Sequence record: OL631484.1
DNA length: 64,000 bases
Origin: Escherichia phage ECML-606-1
Reading direction: 5' to 3' (one strand)
The first letter of the stretch is position 1. Each line of letters starts with the position of its first letter. The position numbers and the translations under genes are program-made. Below are positions 36,557-45,845 of this stretch, piece after piece. The notes under the pieces are model-generated. The model had not been told where the DNA came from. It made no database searches and saw nothing but the letters and a program-made list of their open reading frames with translations.

Positions 36557-36837
36557 TCGCCTGCACCTTTGACAACCTCGCGCAACAGCGGGACAAGCGT
36601 CTTGAGACCGCCCTGCTCGACAATCTTTTTCAGATGGTCGTTATCGAGCCCCTCGCAGATTTTAAGGGCCAGATACTGCCGCTCAGCGATGAATGTCACC
36701 ACTTCTTCGGTAACAGGTTGGTCTGGGCCACCTTTAAGCACCATGGGTTGATTCCTTGCGTAATAGCCGGACGTAATAGACCAGCCATGATTTCGGGGTG
36801 ATGGTGCCGGGCAACATAGCCGGAAGTTGGGCCACAT
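36553..36837 (-). CDS. hypothetical protein
   Basis: 94 aa ORF. Confidence 0.35.
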   Translation of the reverse strand: MWPNFRLCCPAPSPRNHGWSITSGYYARNQPMVLKGGPDQPVTEEVVTFIAERQYLALKICEGLDNDHLKKIVEQGGLKTLVPLLREVVKGAGE

Positions 36838-36970
36838 GCTTATCCAGCACCTCAGTGATTATGGCGTCCCGCGAAGCGGCGGGATCAGCCTCAATGCGTT
36901 GCAGCATTTCAGCCCGGCATAACCGGGCGCGTTGCCGCAGCGCATTTTTCAGCTCCTGCGGCAGTGCCAT
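36734..36970 (-). CDS. hypothetical protein
   Basis: 78 aa ORF overlapping neighbour. Confidence 0.25.
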   Translation of the reverse strand: MALPQELKNALRQRARLCRAEMLQRIEADPAASRDAIITEVLDKHVAQLPAMLPGTITPKSWLVYYVRLLRKESTHGA

Positions 36971-37518
36971 TAGCCAGCCGCGGCCTGCTCGTCACCATTA
37001 AGCGGGTGCCCAGCATCAGGCTCAGCGGTCGCGCCAGCTCCTACCAGCTCGTTTTCCGGCCCAGCCACTTCCGGCTTTGGGGTGGCAACATCTGCCGGGT
37101 TAGCCTGCCAGCGACGATAGAGATCCATCGCTTTGGCCTGCTCCTCAGCACGGCGCTGGAAATTCTCACCAAACTCACGCGGATAGAACCAGACATCATC
37201 GATCAGGTTGCCGATGCCCAGAATCTGATTGCCCTGAATGGCGATACGGCACGCCTGACCATTCAGGGCTTCCCACGTAGCCACTCCAACGGTGCTCAGC
37301 ACGCGACCGATGTACGCGATACCGAAAGCGGTCTGCTGGTCTTCCTGCTCCATTGACTGAGGATCGACGTGCAGGATGTAGCCGCCAAAGTTAACGCCCA
37401 GATGCTGCGCTTTCAGCTGGATTGAGGAATTGATGGTTGCGCCATCCCATCCCAGCTGGGTGTTAGCAATACGCGCATTGAGCACCTCAACCGGGCGCTG
37501 TTCAGTGGTTTGTTCCAT
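36970..37518 (-). CDS. hypothetical protein
   Basis: 182 aa ORF. Confidence 0.4.
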   Translation of the reverse strand: MEQTTEQRPVEVLNARIANTQLGWDGATINSSIQLKAQHLGVNFGGYILHVDPQSMEQEDQQTAFGIAYIGRVLSTVGVATWEALNGQACRIAIQGNQILGIGNLIDDVWFYPREFGENFQRRAEEQAKAMDLYRRWQANPADVATPKPEVAGPENELVGAGATAEPDAGHPLNGDEQAAAG

Positions 37519-37527
37519 GGTGAATCC

Positions 37528-37893
37528 TTATCGGGTTTGTTTTGAATGGTCGAGCTCGGCGAGTGCCTGCTCCATGTTGTTTACGACTGTCACGAAACGC
37601 GGGTTAGCGCTTGGATCGCGAGCAAGGTCTGCGGTGTGTTTCAGCAGAGCGCGGGCAGCATTCACCGTCTTGGTGATAGCTGGCAGCGTGCCGATAGACA
37701 GCATCTGCATGAAGTAGAACTCCCCCGGCATGATGGTTGACAGCATTTCGCCGCTACCTGCCGGATCCCTGCGGCCTTCCTCCTTGCGCTGGTAATTGCG
37801 AAGGGTATGGCCCAGCAGGTCAGCCATTGCCTGCTGCGTCATGCCTGCGGCAATGCGGGCCTCACGTACTTCTGCCCCGGTGATTTTAATCAT
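37528..37893 (-). CDS. XRE-family HTH transcriptional regulator
   Basis: AEVREARIAAGMTQQAMADLLGHTLRNYQRKEEG helix-turn-helix; perfect palindrome just upstream. Confidence 0.6.
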   Translation of the reverse strand: MIKITGAEVREARIAAGMTQQAMADLLGHTLRNYQRKEEGRRDPAGSGEMLSTIMPGEFYFMQMLSIGTLPAITKTVNAARALLKHTADLARDPSANPRFVTVVNNMEQALAELDHSKQTR

Positions 37894-37933
37894 TGGTGTT
37901 TCCTGCTTAGTTCAAAGGTACGGCAAGTGTAAC

Positions 37934-37949
37934 ACGTCATTATTGACGT
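37934..37949. promoter_or_regulatory. perfect palindromic operator candidate ACGTCATTATTGACGT
   Basis: 16-bp inverted repeat 45 nt upstream of the XRE regulator start codon. Confidence 0.5.
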
Positions 37950-38410
37950 AAGCCAGCATTCTGATAACTGGCATATCTGGCGTCGGTCGCCATTTCATCC
38001 AGCATCGCCCTCAGGCCGCTGACGCCGTGGCGCATGATCCCGAAGTGCAGGGCGGCGTGCAGAAACGCATCGGCGTTGTTGTCCCCCTGCTTGTTGATGC
38101 GCGGGATGATGGTTTTGCTGGTGGCTAATCCGGTATCAACCGGGATGATGACCTGACCTGCCAGCTGAGGGGCACGCTCGCCGGGAAGCATATCGCGCAG
38201 CCAGCGCTTACACATGATGGACTGCTCCAGTGCTTTCTCAGCCGTGCGGTGCTCGCTGACGGTGGCGGCGTGGCACAGTGCCCCGTTAACCATGCCGGAC
38301 AGGATGACGCGACGGCCTTTGGTCGCCACAATCAGATCCGCGTAGCCTTCGGCCTTGGCCTGCTTCACGCACGCGGCGAGGTGATGTTTGCTTGGTGCGC
38401 TCTTAGCCAT
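37940..38410 (-). CDS. hypothetical protein
   Basis: 156 aa ORF. Confidence 0.4.
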   Translation of the reverse strand: MAKSAPSKHHLAACVKQAKAEGYADLIVATKGRRVILSGMVNGALCHAATVSEHRTAEKALEQSIMCKRWLRDMLPGERAPQLAGQVIIPVDTGLATSKTIIPRINKQGDNNADAFLHAALHFGIMRHGVSGLRAMLDEMATDARYASYQNAGLRQ

Positions 38411-38696
38411 TTGCTTTCTTCCCTTTCATCAGGATGGTAGCGGCCTGAAAAGCAGAGGTGCAGTCTTTGACTGGCTCCAGATATGCGTCGGCTTTAGCCT
38501 GGTCATATTCATCAAACACCTTATCGCGCAGCGCGGTGCCTTCATCGGTATCAGGGAAGCAGATGCCCAGATCCATTTCGGCCTCCTCAAACTGGAGGAT
38601 AAGCGACAGCTTAGGCTGGTCTGACTGGTCATCAACGGACTTCTTAACGAGCAGCTGGCGACCGTGCGCCTCGAATACTTTTGCAAAACGTTCCAT
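38403..38696 (-). CDS. hypothetical protein (acidic)
   Basis: 97 aa ORF. Confidence 0.4.
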   Translation of the reverse strand: MERFAKVFEAHGRQLLVKKSVDDQSDQPKLSLILQFEEAEMDLGICFPDTDEGTALRDKVFDEYDQAKADAYLEPVKDCTSAFQAATILMKGKKANG

Positions 38697-38720
38697 GGGA
38701 TGATCCTTGCGTTAGATGGA

Positions 38721-38748
38721 ATAAAGGCCCCGATAGTGGGGCCTTTTG
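38721..38748. terminator. bidirectional hairpin terminator downstream of YadA-like gene
   Basis: AGGCCCC-GATAGT-GGGGCCT flanked by A/T runs. Confidence 0.5.
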
Positions 38749-38771
38749 ATTGTAGCGCGATTCTTTACGTC

Positions 38772-40067
38772 TTACCAGCCGTAAGACACGCCAGCGCCGA
38801 TCACAAAGTTATGCTGGGTGTCGTTGGACACGGACGCCTTCACAACGGTGTTCTGAGAGGCGCGGGCAGAGAAGCCCACAGCCAGCGCAGACTCACCATC
38901 AGTGTTACCAGCACCAGCGCCGATAGCAAAGGTCTGGTGCTCCAGTACCTGCGGGATGTTAGCCATGGCGGCGACGCCTGCGATACCAGCCGACGCACGT
39001 TTGCGGTTGTCATCGATCTGTTTGTTCAGGTCGGCAAACTTGCTATTGGTCTGCGATTCCAGCCCCTGAATGCGCTGCTCATGGTTGGCAATATCGGCGG
39101 TGTTCTGGGCTACGCGCTTATTGGTCGCATCCAGAGCCTGACGGTTCGCCTCAGAGTGGGCATATGCCGAATCAGCGCGAGACTGCGCATACGCGCCAGT
39201 GTCCTGCGCCTGCTTCACGCCAGCGCTCAGCGTGGTGAACTGGCTTGAGCGGGTGGAGGTCTCAGCCGCCAGAGCAGCATCCTGACGCTTCTGATCATCG
39301 CTAAACACGCTGGTGGTCACACGGTCGTTAACCTGAGCCTGCAAATCAGCATCAGCGGCTTTGCGGTCGTTGGTTTCGTTGGTGATAGCCACGCCGTTAT
39401 TCACCACGCCAGCCAGTGCCGCATCGGATTTGGTGTTGCTTTCGGTGATCGCGGTGTCTTGACGGGCCTGATCCGCTACAAAGTCAGTCGCATTGACTTT
39501 GGTCGCCAGACCAGCATCCAGCTCCGGCTTGGTGGCAAAGGTTCCAGCCTTAGTTTGCAGGTCGATGATGGCAGAGCCATTGGTGGCTACGCCTGCCAGT
39601 GCGGCATCCGCTTTATCACTATTCGTGGAGATCAGCGCATCCTGATCGTTGTCGCGGACTGCCTGCGCAGCCTTATCGGCATCATACGCGGTCTGGTCAA
39701 CCTTATCAGCCAGGCCATTCAGTGCCGCCTGCGCATCGGTCTTGGCAGAGCCAGCCATATCCAGCGCGGAGCTCGCTTCCTGCTGCGCGGCATCCGCTTT
39801 CTGGTCAACGGCGATCACACCCAGCTTGGTGCTTTGCAGGTCGGCATCCACACTGGTGATGCGGTCGCCCAGTTGAGTATCGCGGGTCTCAGAGTCCAGT
39901 TTGTTCTGGGTGATTTGGTTCTGGTGATCGTTGATCAGGTCGCTGGTTACATTTGCGCGGGCGTCCTGAATGCGGTCGTATGCAGACGGGGACGGCGCAG
40001 CGATTGCAACAGAAGCGGTGGAGGTCAGTGCCAGTGCCAGTGCGATTTTGGTCAGTTTCATCATCAT
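38772..40067 (-). CDS. YadA/Eib-like trimeric autotransporter adhesin
   Basis: signal peptide MKLTKIALALALTSTASVAIA, coiled-coil stalk, C-terminal anchor ...GIAGVAAMANIPQ...FVIGAGVSYGW; start among ATGs 40061-40067. Confidence 0.65.
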   Translation of the reverse strand: MMMKLTKIALALALTSTASVAIAAPSPSAYDRIQDARANVTSDLINDHQNQITQNKLDSETRDTQLGDRITSVDADLQSTKLGVIAVDQKADAAQQEASSALDMAGSAKTDAQAALNGLADKVDQTAYDADKAAQAVRDNDQDALISTNSDKADAALAGVATNGSAIIDLQTKAGTFATKPELDAGLATKVNATDFVADQARQDTAITESNTKSDAALAGVVNNGVAITNETNDRKAADADLQAQVNDRVTTSVFSDDQKRQDAALAAETSTRSSQFTTLSAGVKQAQDTGAYAQSRADSAYAHSEANRQALDATNKRVAQNTADIANHEQRIQGLESQTNSKFADLNKQIDDNRKRASAGIAGVAAMANIPQVLEHQTFAIGAGAGNTDGESALAVGFSARASQNTVVKASVSNDTQHNFVIGAGVSYGW

Positions 40068-40115
40068 TATCTCGTTAAGTACCATTTAAAGGGGTTTTGT
40101 GTTGGAACGAGGCTA

Positions 40116-40144
40116 ACTATACGGCACAGGTGACGCGTCCGCAA
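40116..40144 (-). promoter_or_regulatory. sigma70-like promoter TTGCGG-N17-TATAGT with operator-like palindrome in spacer
   Basis: minus-strand hexamers; spacer contains ACGGCACAGGTGACGC. Confidence 0.45.
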
Positions 40145-40244
40145 TAGCGCAATAATAAATATTTCGTATTATTTGGCTGGAATGATTCAGGGGACTGATT
40201 GGAAAGGATATTTATTTTAGCCCCCGTGGGCTGGGGGCTAAATA

Positions 40245-40505
40245 TTAGCGCGGGATGAATGGCTTCTGGGTAAAGACCTCAGCCTGCGGGAAGTCAAAAG
40301 AGACATCCGGTGCCATTGCCTGAGAAGGCAGTGACTTGATGTGCTGGGATCCATCAGGCAGGAATACGCCAGCAAGGTAACGCGGCACCTGAATGACGTT
40401 TGCAGCCAGTGCATAGCCCGGTGGTGCTGCGGGATTAACGGTATCGTCGATTGTAGCCATGGGTAAAAGCCCTCGTTGTGTCTGAGGGCTCCAGTATGCC
40501 GTCAC
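40245..40505 (-). CDS. hypothetical protein
   Basis: 86 aa ORF. Confidence 0.3.
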   Translation of the reverse strand: MTAYWSPQTQRGLLPMATIDDTVNPAAPPGYALAANVIQVPRYLAGVFLPDGSQHIKSLPSQAMAPDVSFDFPQAEVFTQKPFIPR

Positions 40506-40720
40506 TACCTCCGGCGATTAATCTCATGGTACAGCGCAGCCATGAAAATACCGATGGCGACGGGCCAGCACAGCATGACCATAACCAGCGTCTGGGGCGG
40601 CATGTTCTTGCCACCGATCCCCATCCTGCCTGAGATAAAGTCAATCAGGATGACTGCCGCACCGATCAGCAGTGCGACAGCGCCGTAAAATTGCAGCTTC
40701 TCCAGCCAGAAGTCACTCAT
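40505..40720 (-). CDS. small membrane protein
   Basis: 71 aa with two hydrophobic helices. Confidence 0.4.
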   Translation of the reverse strand: MSDFWLEKLQFYGAVALLIGAAVILIDFISGRMGIGGKNMPPQTLVMVMLCWPVAIGIFMAALYHEINRRR

Positions 40721-40914
40721 TGGCCCGGCTCCTCATACCAGCAAGATAGCGCGATGTATGCAGTGACAGGCCAGAGCGCAGCCTGCACCAGCAGATAGCC
40801 CAGCGCCTTACGCTTGGGGTGCATACGCGGCACCCATTTGCGCAGGCCCAGCAGCAGCACCACTAAAAAGCCAGCCCAGTACAGGGCCAGCGATAAGATG
40901 ATTTCAGTCTGCAT
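40717..40914 (-). CDS. small membrane protein
   Basis: 65 aa with two hydrophobic helices; ATGA overlap. Confidence 0.4.
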   Translation of the reverse strand: MQTEIILSLALYWAGFLVVLLLGLRKWVPRMHPKRKALGYLLVQAALWPVTAYIALSCWYEEPGQ

Positions 40915-41191
40915 TGTGCAATGCCTTCCCGATCCGCTCGATGCCTTTCAGCGCCTGCTCCAGATTGTCAAAGCCTGCGGACTTCACCATCTGGTCGATG
41001 CGCTCAACGGCGTCTGTCATCTGGTTGCCCATGTCCAGCAGCAGGATAACCAGCTCAGGCCGGACGATATCGACAAATTGCCGCACCGCAGCACGCCCGG
41101 CTAACGTGTCCTGCCAGTCGCCGTGGATGGATGACAGCACGGTGGCCGCCACGCGCATCTTCACCTCATGCTCCGGCGTGATGTCGGTCAT
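40904..41191 (-). CDS. hypothetical protein
   Basis: start at internal ATG 41191 (MTDITPEHEV...) overlapping upstream stop. Confidence 0.35.
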   Translation of the reverse strand: MTDITPEHEVKMRVAATVLSSIHGDWQDTLAGRAAVRQFVDIVRPELVILLLDMGNQMTDAVERIDQMVKSAGFDNLEQALKGIERIGKALHNAD

Positions 41192-41709
41192 CGGCGCACG
41201 GGGTTCAGCTTTGTGAATCGGTCGCGCGGCTTCGCGTTGTCCACGATGTCCAAAACCTTTTGCGCGGCCCGCTTGACTGGATCCCCGCCCTCTCCCCGTT
41301 CTCTGAATTGTTCGCAAAGCAGCTCCTCCATGTGTTTCATAAGCAGATCACGCTGGGCTTCCAGCAGGTCGATTTTGTCTTGTTGTTTTTGGTGGCGCTG
41401 GTACGAGTGCCAGTTACCGCCTTGGCGCATACTCAGCTGGATATCGCGCACCTCATCCGGCGTCAGCACAGTCAGCGGCTGAGCCGGGGTGAGGATCATG
41501 CAGTTGTTTTCCCAGTCATTGCCGCGCATCAGGGCCTGCGCGGTGACGTGAGGAATGACGCCAGCAGTGCTATCGCGCGGGATGACAGGGATGATCAGGC
41601 GCTCAGCCGGGTTAGGGCTGCGGGCATTGTCCGCCAGTGCTTCGAGGGCTTTGGCGGCGGTAATCGGTTCAAGCGGTCGGGCCATACCAGTGCTCCATGT
41701 GTTGCTCAT
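41188..41709 (-). CDS. hypothetical protein
   Basis: ATG at 41709 with GAGGA SD. Confidence 0.4.
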   Translation of the reverse strand: MSNTWSTGMARPLEPITAAKALEALADNARSPNPAERLIIPVIPRDSTAGVIPHVTAQALMRGNDWENNCMILTPAQPLTVLTPDEVRDIQLSMRQGGNWHSYQRHQKQQDKIDLLEAQRDLLMKHMEELLCEQFRERGEGGDPVKRAAQKVLDIVDNAKPRDRFTKLNPVRR

Positions 41710-42061
41710 ATGTTTTCTCATCCTCATCCCAGATCGGGGTGATGGTGAGGCCATTATCTTTTGCGTAGGCCAGCGCCTCATCCTTGGCGTCTCGGCTGAA
41801 TACCCGATCCCCAACAGCAAGGCGGGAAGCCACGCGCGAAACAAAAGCGTGCTGCTTCCATTCGCAGGCGAGCTCAGTGACATTTTTCAGCTCATCCAGC
41901 AGGGACTTGATGCGCTCGGCGTTCCATTCCTCATCGGTCTGGTCGTACAGCTTGCACGCGCCCATGTAGTCGCCGGGGCTGTTTTTCTTGTGCTCGATGA
42001 TCTCCACGGCGAGGTCATACATGCGCTGCTTGTCAGCCTGGCTGATTCTGCTCATCGGCAT
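41669..42061 (-). CDS. hypothetical protein
   Basis: 130 aa ORF. Confidence 0.4.
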   Translation of the reverse strand: MPMSRISQADKQRMYDLAVEIIEHKKNSPGDYMGACKLYDQTDEEWNAERIKSLLDELKNVTELACEWKQHAFVSRVASRLAVGDRVFSRDAKDEALAYAKDNGLTITPIWDEDEKTYEQHMEHWYGPTA

Positions 42062-42533
42062 AGCTCCAGTAAGTTACGGTATTCGAGTCGATGCTGCGAT
42101 CCTCCAGCTGGATGCCGACGCCAGAAAGCGCGGTCTCTACTGATTTACCAACGCCCAGATATTTATCGGTCTCGTCCCATACGTGAACCTGACGATTCTC
42201 TACCGGGCGCGTTACCGGGAACTTGGCGCGGTGCAGCTGGTGCCGGGTGTATTTCGGATTGCCTTTGTCGATGGTGACAAGGTTGCCATGCTGGTTTGTG
42301 ACATACAGGCCCATAGGCAGGAAAACGCGTTTAAACAGGTCGTGCCATTTACCTTCGGTAATGGTCGGACGCCCGCCTTTGAGGTGCGTCGGGCCGCAGG
42401 CGCTGCACAGCTTCATGCCTTCGCGCTCCGGCGCATAGCTCCAGTCAAACGAGCTCGGCGCGTGGTAGAACATGCCGACGCCATAGGCGGTATTATCAAC
42501 GCAGCCGCAGCGCTCACATTGGAAGATGCTCAC
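42033..42533 (-). CDS. hypothetical protein with N-terminal zinc ribbon
   Basis: CERCGC...CSACG Cys pairs. Confidence 0.4.
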   Translation of the reverse strand: MSIFQCERCGCVDNTAYGVGMFYHAPSSFDWSYAPEREGMKLCSACGPTHLKGGRPTITEGKWHDLFKRVFLPMGLYVTNQHGNLVTIDKGNPKYTRHQLHRAKFPVTRPVENRQVHVWDETDKYLGVGKSVETALSGVGIQLEDRSIDSNTVTYWSYADEQNQPG

Positions 42534-42814
42534 AGTGATTTCTCCAGCTTAGCCCCCTGACGGCGCTCCCACTTCCCGCGTTTCAGTTTGGAAATAGCGG
42601 AACAGGCTTCCAGCGTGCCGCTGCGAAACGGACAGTCTTTGCTATCACGGAACTTGTTAAACTCGCGCTCCATGATGCGACGGCAGGCTTTTCCGCGTGG
42701 CTCGAAGTCCTTCGCGGTGTAACGCTGATCGGCGTCGATAGGGCATTTGTTGGAACAAACAGCCTGGATAAAGTAGCTCATCACCAGCTGCTTGAGATTT
42801 GATGCTTTACTCAT
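42530..42814 (-). CDS. hypothetical Cys-containing protein
   Basis: 94 aa ORF. Confidence 0.35.
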   Translation of the reverse strand: MSKASNLKQLVMSYFIQAVCSNKCPIDADQRYTAKDFEPRGKACRRIMEREFNKFRDSKDCPFRSGTLEACSAISKLKRGKWERRQGAKLEKSL

Positions 42815-43053
42815 CAGTAAGCTCCCAGAATCAAAATCGGTCGCAGCTTCGCCAGCACGGCAAAGCCGATAATAAAATAAGCCAGCAGCCAGCGGACATC
42901 AGCCCAGCTGATTGTATGCCGCCCGGCGACGTGCCAGCGGTGAGCCTGCCAGACAGGCAGCGCCACAAAGCAGATGATCAGCGCCAGCATGACGCTTTGG
43001 CCTGTCATTCCGGCATCTGCACAGTGACGAGGTGAGTCACCTCTTTCATGCAC
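42814..43053 (-). CDS. small membrane protein
   Basis: 79 aa, two hydrophobic helices. Confidence 0.4.
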   Translation of the reverse strand: MHERGDSPRHCADAGMTGQSVMLALIICFVALPVWQAHRWHVAGRHTISWADVRWLLAYFIIGFAVLAKLRPILILGAY

Positions 43054-43238
43054 TGCGAGCAGTAGACGGCCTTGCCACCAGACACTCGATCCCCGGTCTC
43101 ACCGCTGTCATAGGTGCCATCCCAGTCGAAAATATGGGTGTACTTGATAACGGACTTAACCACTACGCCAAACTTGCCTCCGCAGTGCGGGCAGCGATCA
43201 GGATTTGCCACGGCGTTCCTCCTCCAGAATTTCCTCAA
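43005..43238 (-). CDS. small zinc-ribbon protein
   Basis: CPHCGG...CSQC motif. Confidence 0.4.
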   Translation of the reverse strand: MRKFWRRNAVANPDRCPHCGGKFGVVVKSVIKYTHIFDWDGTYDSGETGDRVSGGKAVYCSQCMKEVTHLVTVQMPE

Positions 43239-43569
43239 TGATGCGCCCGGCTACCCAGTTGCTCAGGGTGCTGCGCGACGGCAGGCGCTTATAGCGGCCT
43301 TTGCGCCCATTGCGTTGCCCGCGCTGAGCATTCCAGCGGCGCAGGGTTGGCGCGTTGATTTTGGGCGGCAGCTTGGGCTGCTCGTCCTGCTTCATGAAGG
43401 CGTGCAGGTACAGGGCACAGCTGGCTTCGATGAAGTCAGTGGGCAGCACGTTGAGCCCGGTTTCGTTGTTCAGCACCTTGCGCACCAGCTCCGGTGGCAT
43501 GTTGGCGATGCGTGCCGCCAGCTCCGGGCGGTGCTCATTGAGCCACGCGGTCAGGATTGCGCGGCTCAT
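43198..43569 (-). CDS. hypothetical basic protein
   Basis: 123 aa, Arg/Lys-rich C-terminus. Confidence 0.4.
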   Translation of the reverse strand: MSRAILTAWLNEHRPELAARIANMPPELVRKVLNNETGLNVLPTDFIEASCALYLHAFMKQDEQPKLPPKINAPTLRRWNAQRGQRNGRKGRYKRLPSRSTLSNWVAGRIIEEILEEERRGKS

Positions 43570-44036
43570 GCTGGTCTGTCCAGTGTGTCGATGACTTTGC
43601 TCATGGCCTGCTCCAGCGAACGGAACGGAGGAACATCACCGATCCGGTGCTCCGGCAGGCTGATAAACCAGCCATCGCAGGCGTTATAAATCAGGCCGAT
43701 CAGCAGCTCACCGCGATAGACCTCAACGCGCAGCTCATCCACGCGCCGGAACGTGCAGCGCGGGAAACTCACCAGCGCAGGATTGTGCTGCGGCTCGACG
43801 AACAGCGGAATGTTGCGGCCTTGGTCAGCAGTCGGGAAACCGCGCAGATAAAGCCCGGTCGCCTGCATGTTAGTGATCTCGCAGGTCTCGGTGAAGGCGA
43901 TAGGCTGCGATGCCTCAGACAGCTTTTTGCAGCGGTCGAACAGCTCAGCCCATGCGTCGGACATTGGCACGCCGTCCTCTTGCATCAGTGCGGCAAGCCG
44001 CTCATGAATGGCGATGCCTTTCTCTAAATCGGTCAT
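43566..44036 (-). CDS. hypothetical protein
   Basis: ATG at 44036 (MTDLEKGIAIHERL...) with AAGGA SD; track ORF extends upstream. Confidence 0.4.
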   Translation of the reverse strand: MTDLEKGIAIHERLAALMQEDGVPMSDAWAELFDRCKKLSEASQPIAFTETCEITNMQATGLYLRGFPTADQGRNIPLFVEPQHNPALVSFPRCTFRRVDELRVEVYRGELLIGLIYNACDGWFISLPEHRIGDVPPFRSLEQAMSKVIDTLDRPA

Positions 44037-44121
44037 CGTGGGAATCCTTGGGTAACGTGCCGGGCGGTGTGCCAGGCCTTGATGAGACAATAGCTGATTG
44101 TTTACGTCATGTAAAGCGTAA

Positions 44122-44565
44122 TTATGCGCGGTACAAAACAGCCTGGTATTTCGTGAATTCTTTGTGACCGGGCTCGCAACAATCGCAGCTGGTGATCTGG
44201 TCGGTGTACAGGTGTCCGCAGCCGTGGCACTCCCAGAGCTCGGCAGTCTTGGCATTGGTGCCACCCTCGCGCAGCCACAGTGGCACCGCGCAGATCCGGC
44301 TGTGAAGCTCGACAGCCTCCTCACAGCACACGTTGTGCGCCATCGCCTCATTGCGCATGTCTTCCTCGGAACCAACGCAGCTCTCGGAGTAGTAAACCTT
44401 TCCGGTGTCCACGAACATCAGGCCCCACGTAAACGGCTCAGGCTTGTCAGCAGCAGTGCAGCGAGCCGCAAGCGCCTCGGCTTCCTCGGCAATGCGCTCG
44501 GCGTTGAGCAGGTGCTCGGACTTCTCGCGGGGTTTCAGCAGCTCCTCAGCGGCGGTATTTTTCAT
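44122..44565 (-). CDS. hypothetical Cys-rich protein
   Basis: ATG at 44565 in ATGA overlap with upstream gene; many Cys/His. Confidence 0.4.
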   Translation of the reverse strand: MKNTAAEELLKPREKSEHLLNAERIAEEAEALAARCTAADKPEPFTWGLMFVDTGKVYYSESCVGSEEDMRNEAMAHNVCCEEAVELHSRICAVPLWLREGGTNAKTAELWECHGCGHLYTDQITSCDCCEPGHKEFTKYQAVLYRA

Positions 44566-45845
44566 TTGGCAGTCCTCAGTTGGTTGATGACCTCCAGCAC
44601 ATCCTCCAGCGCGATGTGGGAAGTGGTGTACTTCTGCGGCAGCGCCTTGAGGTTGGAGATCAGGCGGTTCACTTCCACCACGTCCGACTCCGGCGCGAGG
44701 CGGCACATCACCTCAGGCAGCTTGCAGTTGATCGGCTCGCCTGCGAACAGCGGCAGGACGTACAGCCCGCCAGTCTCGTTGCAGTGCTTCACCGCGTCTT
44801 CTTCGCTCCACAGGAGATAGGTCTGATATCCGTGAACATCCACCCAGAAGCGCGGGCGCGGGCGCAGGGCTTCGGCAATGGCGCGGATCAGGCAAATGGC
44901 GTTGTCCTCGGTCGTGTCGCCCATCAGGTTCTGGATGGCTTCGTGAACATCGGCGCGGTCGCTGATCCCCTTGTAGTCCTGCCAGCTCAGGCCAGTGTTG
45001 ATGGGTGGCTGCTGAGTCCGGCGCTCGATTCCATCCAGCGCGATACGCATCGCTTGGATTGCCGCTTGCCCGTCTGGCAGCGTGCCATAGCGCTCGAAAC
45101 AGTCCAGGTGATTTCGCATGAATTGCGGCGTCAGGGTTTTGTAGGCGTACTCCAGCGGGCCAGTGATACCAGCGGGAAGTGGCTCAGGTGCCTTCTTGGG
45201 CTGATTGTAGGCGTAGTGCTTGAGCAGCCCGATGGTTGTGGTGGCAGCGTGAGCAGGGTGATTAATCGCCCCCAGAGCAGCGCCCAGCAATCCACGCGGG
45301 ATAACAATCGGGTCGTTGTCATCCTCCAGAGACTGCACAGCAGAGGCGATCACCTTCTCGTCAGCCGCAGACTCAGGGCGCGATGTCTTCCAGCCGTGAT
45401 AGTGCATAAACGCGGCATAGGCCATCACATCGCGCGGGTCGCCTTTGTCGATGTGGTGCATCAGCCCGGCGCGGCAATCGTCCTCCCAGTCGTGGCGCAT
45501 CCAGCCTACCGGGTCGGCCTTGCGCTTGTTCTGCGCGGAGAGCAGCTTATTGCCCAGCGCCTGCGCAGTATCGACGATCAGATACTGCGTCGAGCGGGCC
45601 AGCCCATCCGGCAGTTTGACGGTGAAGTGCTCCATGCCATCCGGCCCCATAGCGGGCTCGGCTTTGCGGTTGGCATCGCGCAGCTGGTCAATCAGCACGC
45701 GGATAAGTCCGCCGTAGTTCGGGGCCAGCTTGAGCATTTCCTCGTCCAGCTCAAATCCCGGCCCGCTCAGGCTGTCCCCTTCGGCTTCAGCGCTAATTGC
45801 TTTCTCGTACAGGTCAGCCAGTTGTTGTTCGGTGTAGGTGCTCAT
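44562..45845 (-). CDS. hypothetical protein (427 aa)
   Basis: long ORF, no motif recognised. Confidence 0.5.
   Translation of the reverse strand: MSTYTEQQLADLYEKAISAEAEGDSLSGPGFELDEEMLKLAPNYGGLIRVLIDQLRDANRKAEPAMGPDGMEHFTVKLPDGLARSTQYLIVDTAQALGNKLLSAQNKRKADPVGWMRHDWEDDCRAGLMHHIDKGDPRDVMAYAAFMHYHGWKTSRPESAADEKVIASAVQSLEDDNDPIVIPRGLLGAALGAINHPAHAATTTIGLLKHYAYNQPKKAPEPLPAGITGPLEYAYKTLTPQFMRNHLDCFERYGTLPDGQAAIQAMRIALDGIERRTQQPPINTGLSWQDYKGISDRADVHEAIQNLMGDTTEDNAICLIRAIAEALRPRPRFWVDVHGYQTYLLWSEEDAVKHCNETGGLYVLPLFAGEPINCKLPEVMCRLAPESDVVEVNRLISNLKALPQKYTTSHIALEDVLEVINQLRTAK

Noticed and set aside
40219-40239. Hairpin AGCCCCC-GTGGGCT-GGGGGCT as a rho-independent terminator
   Set aside because: Strong stem but no U-run on either strand immediately 3' of it; may be a structural element or protein-binding palindrome rather than an intrinsic terminator
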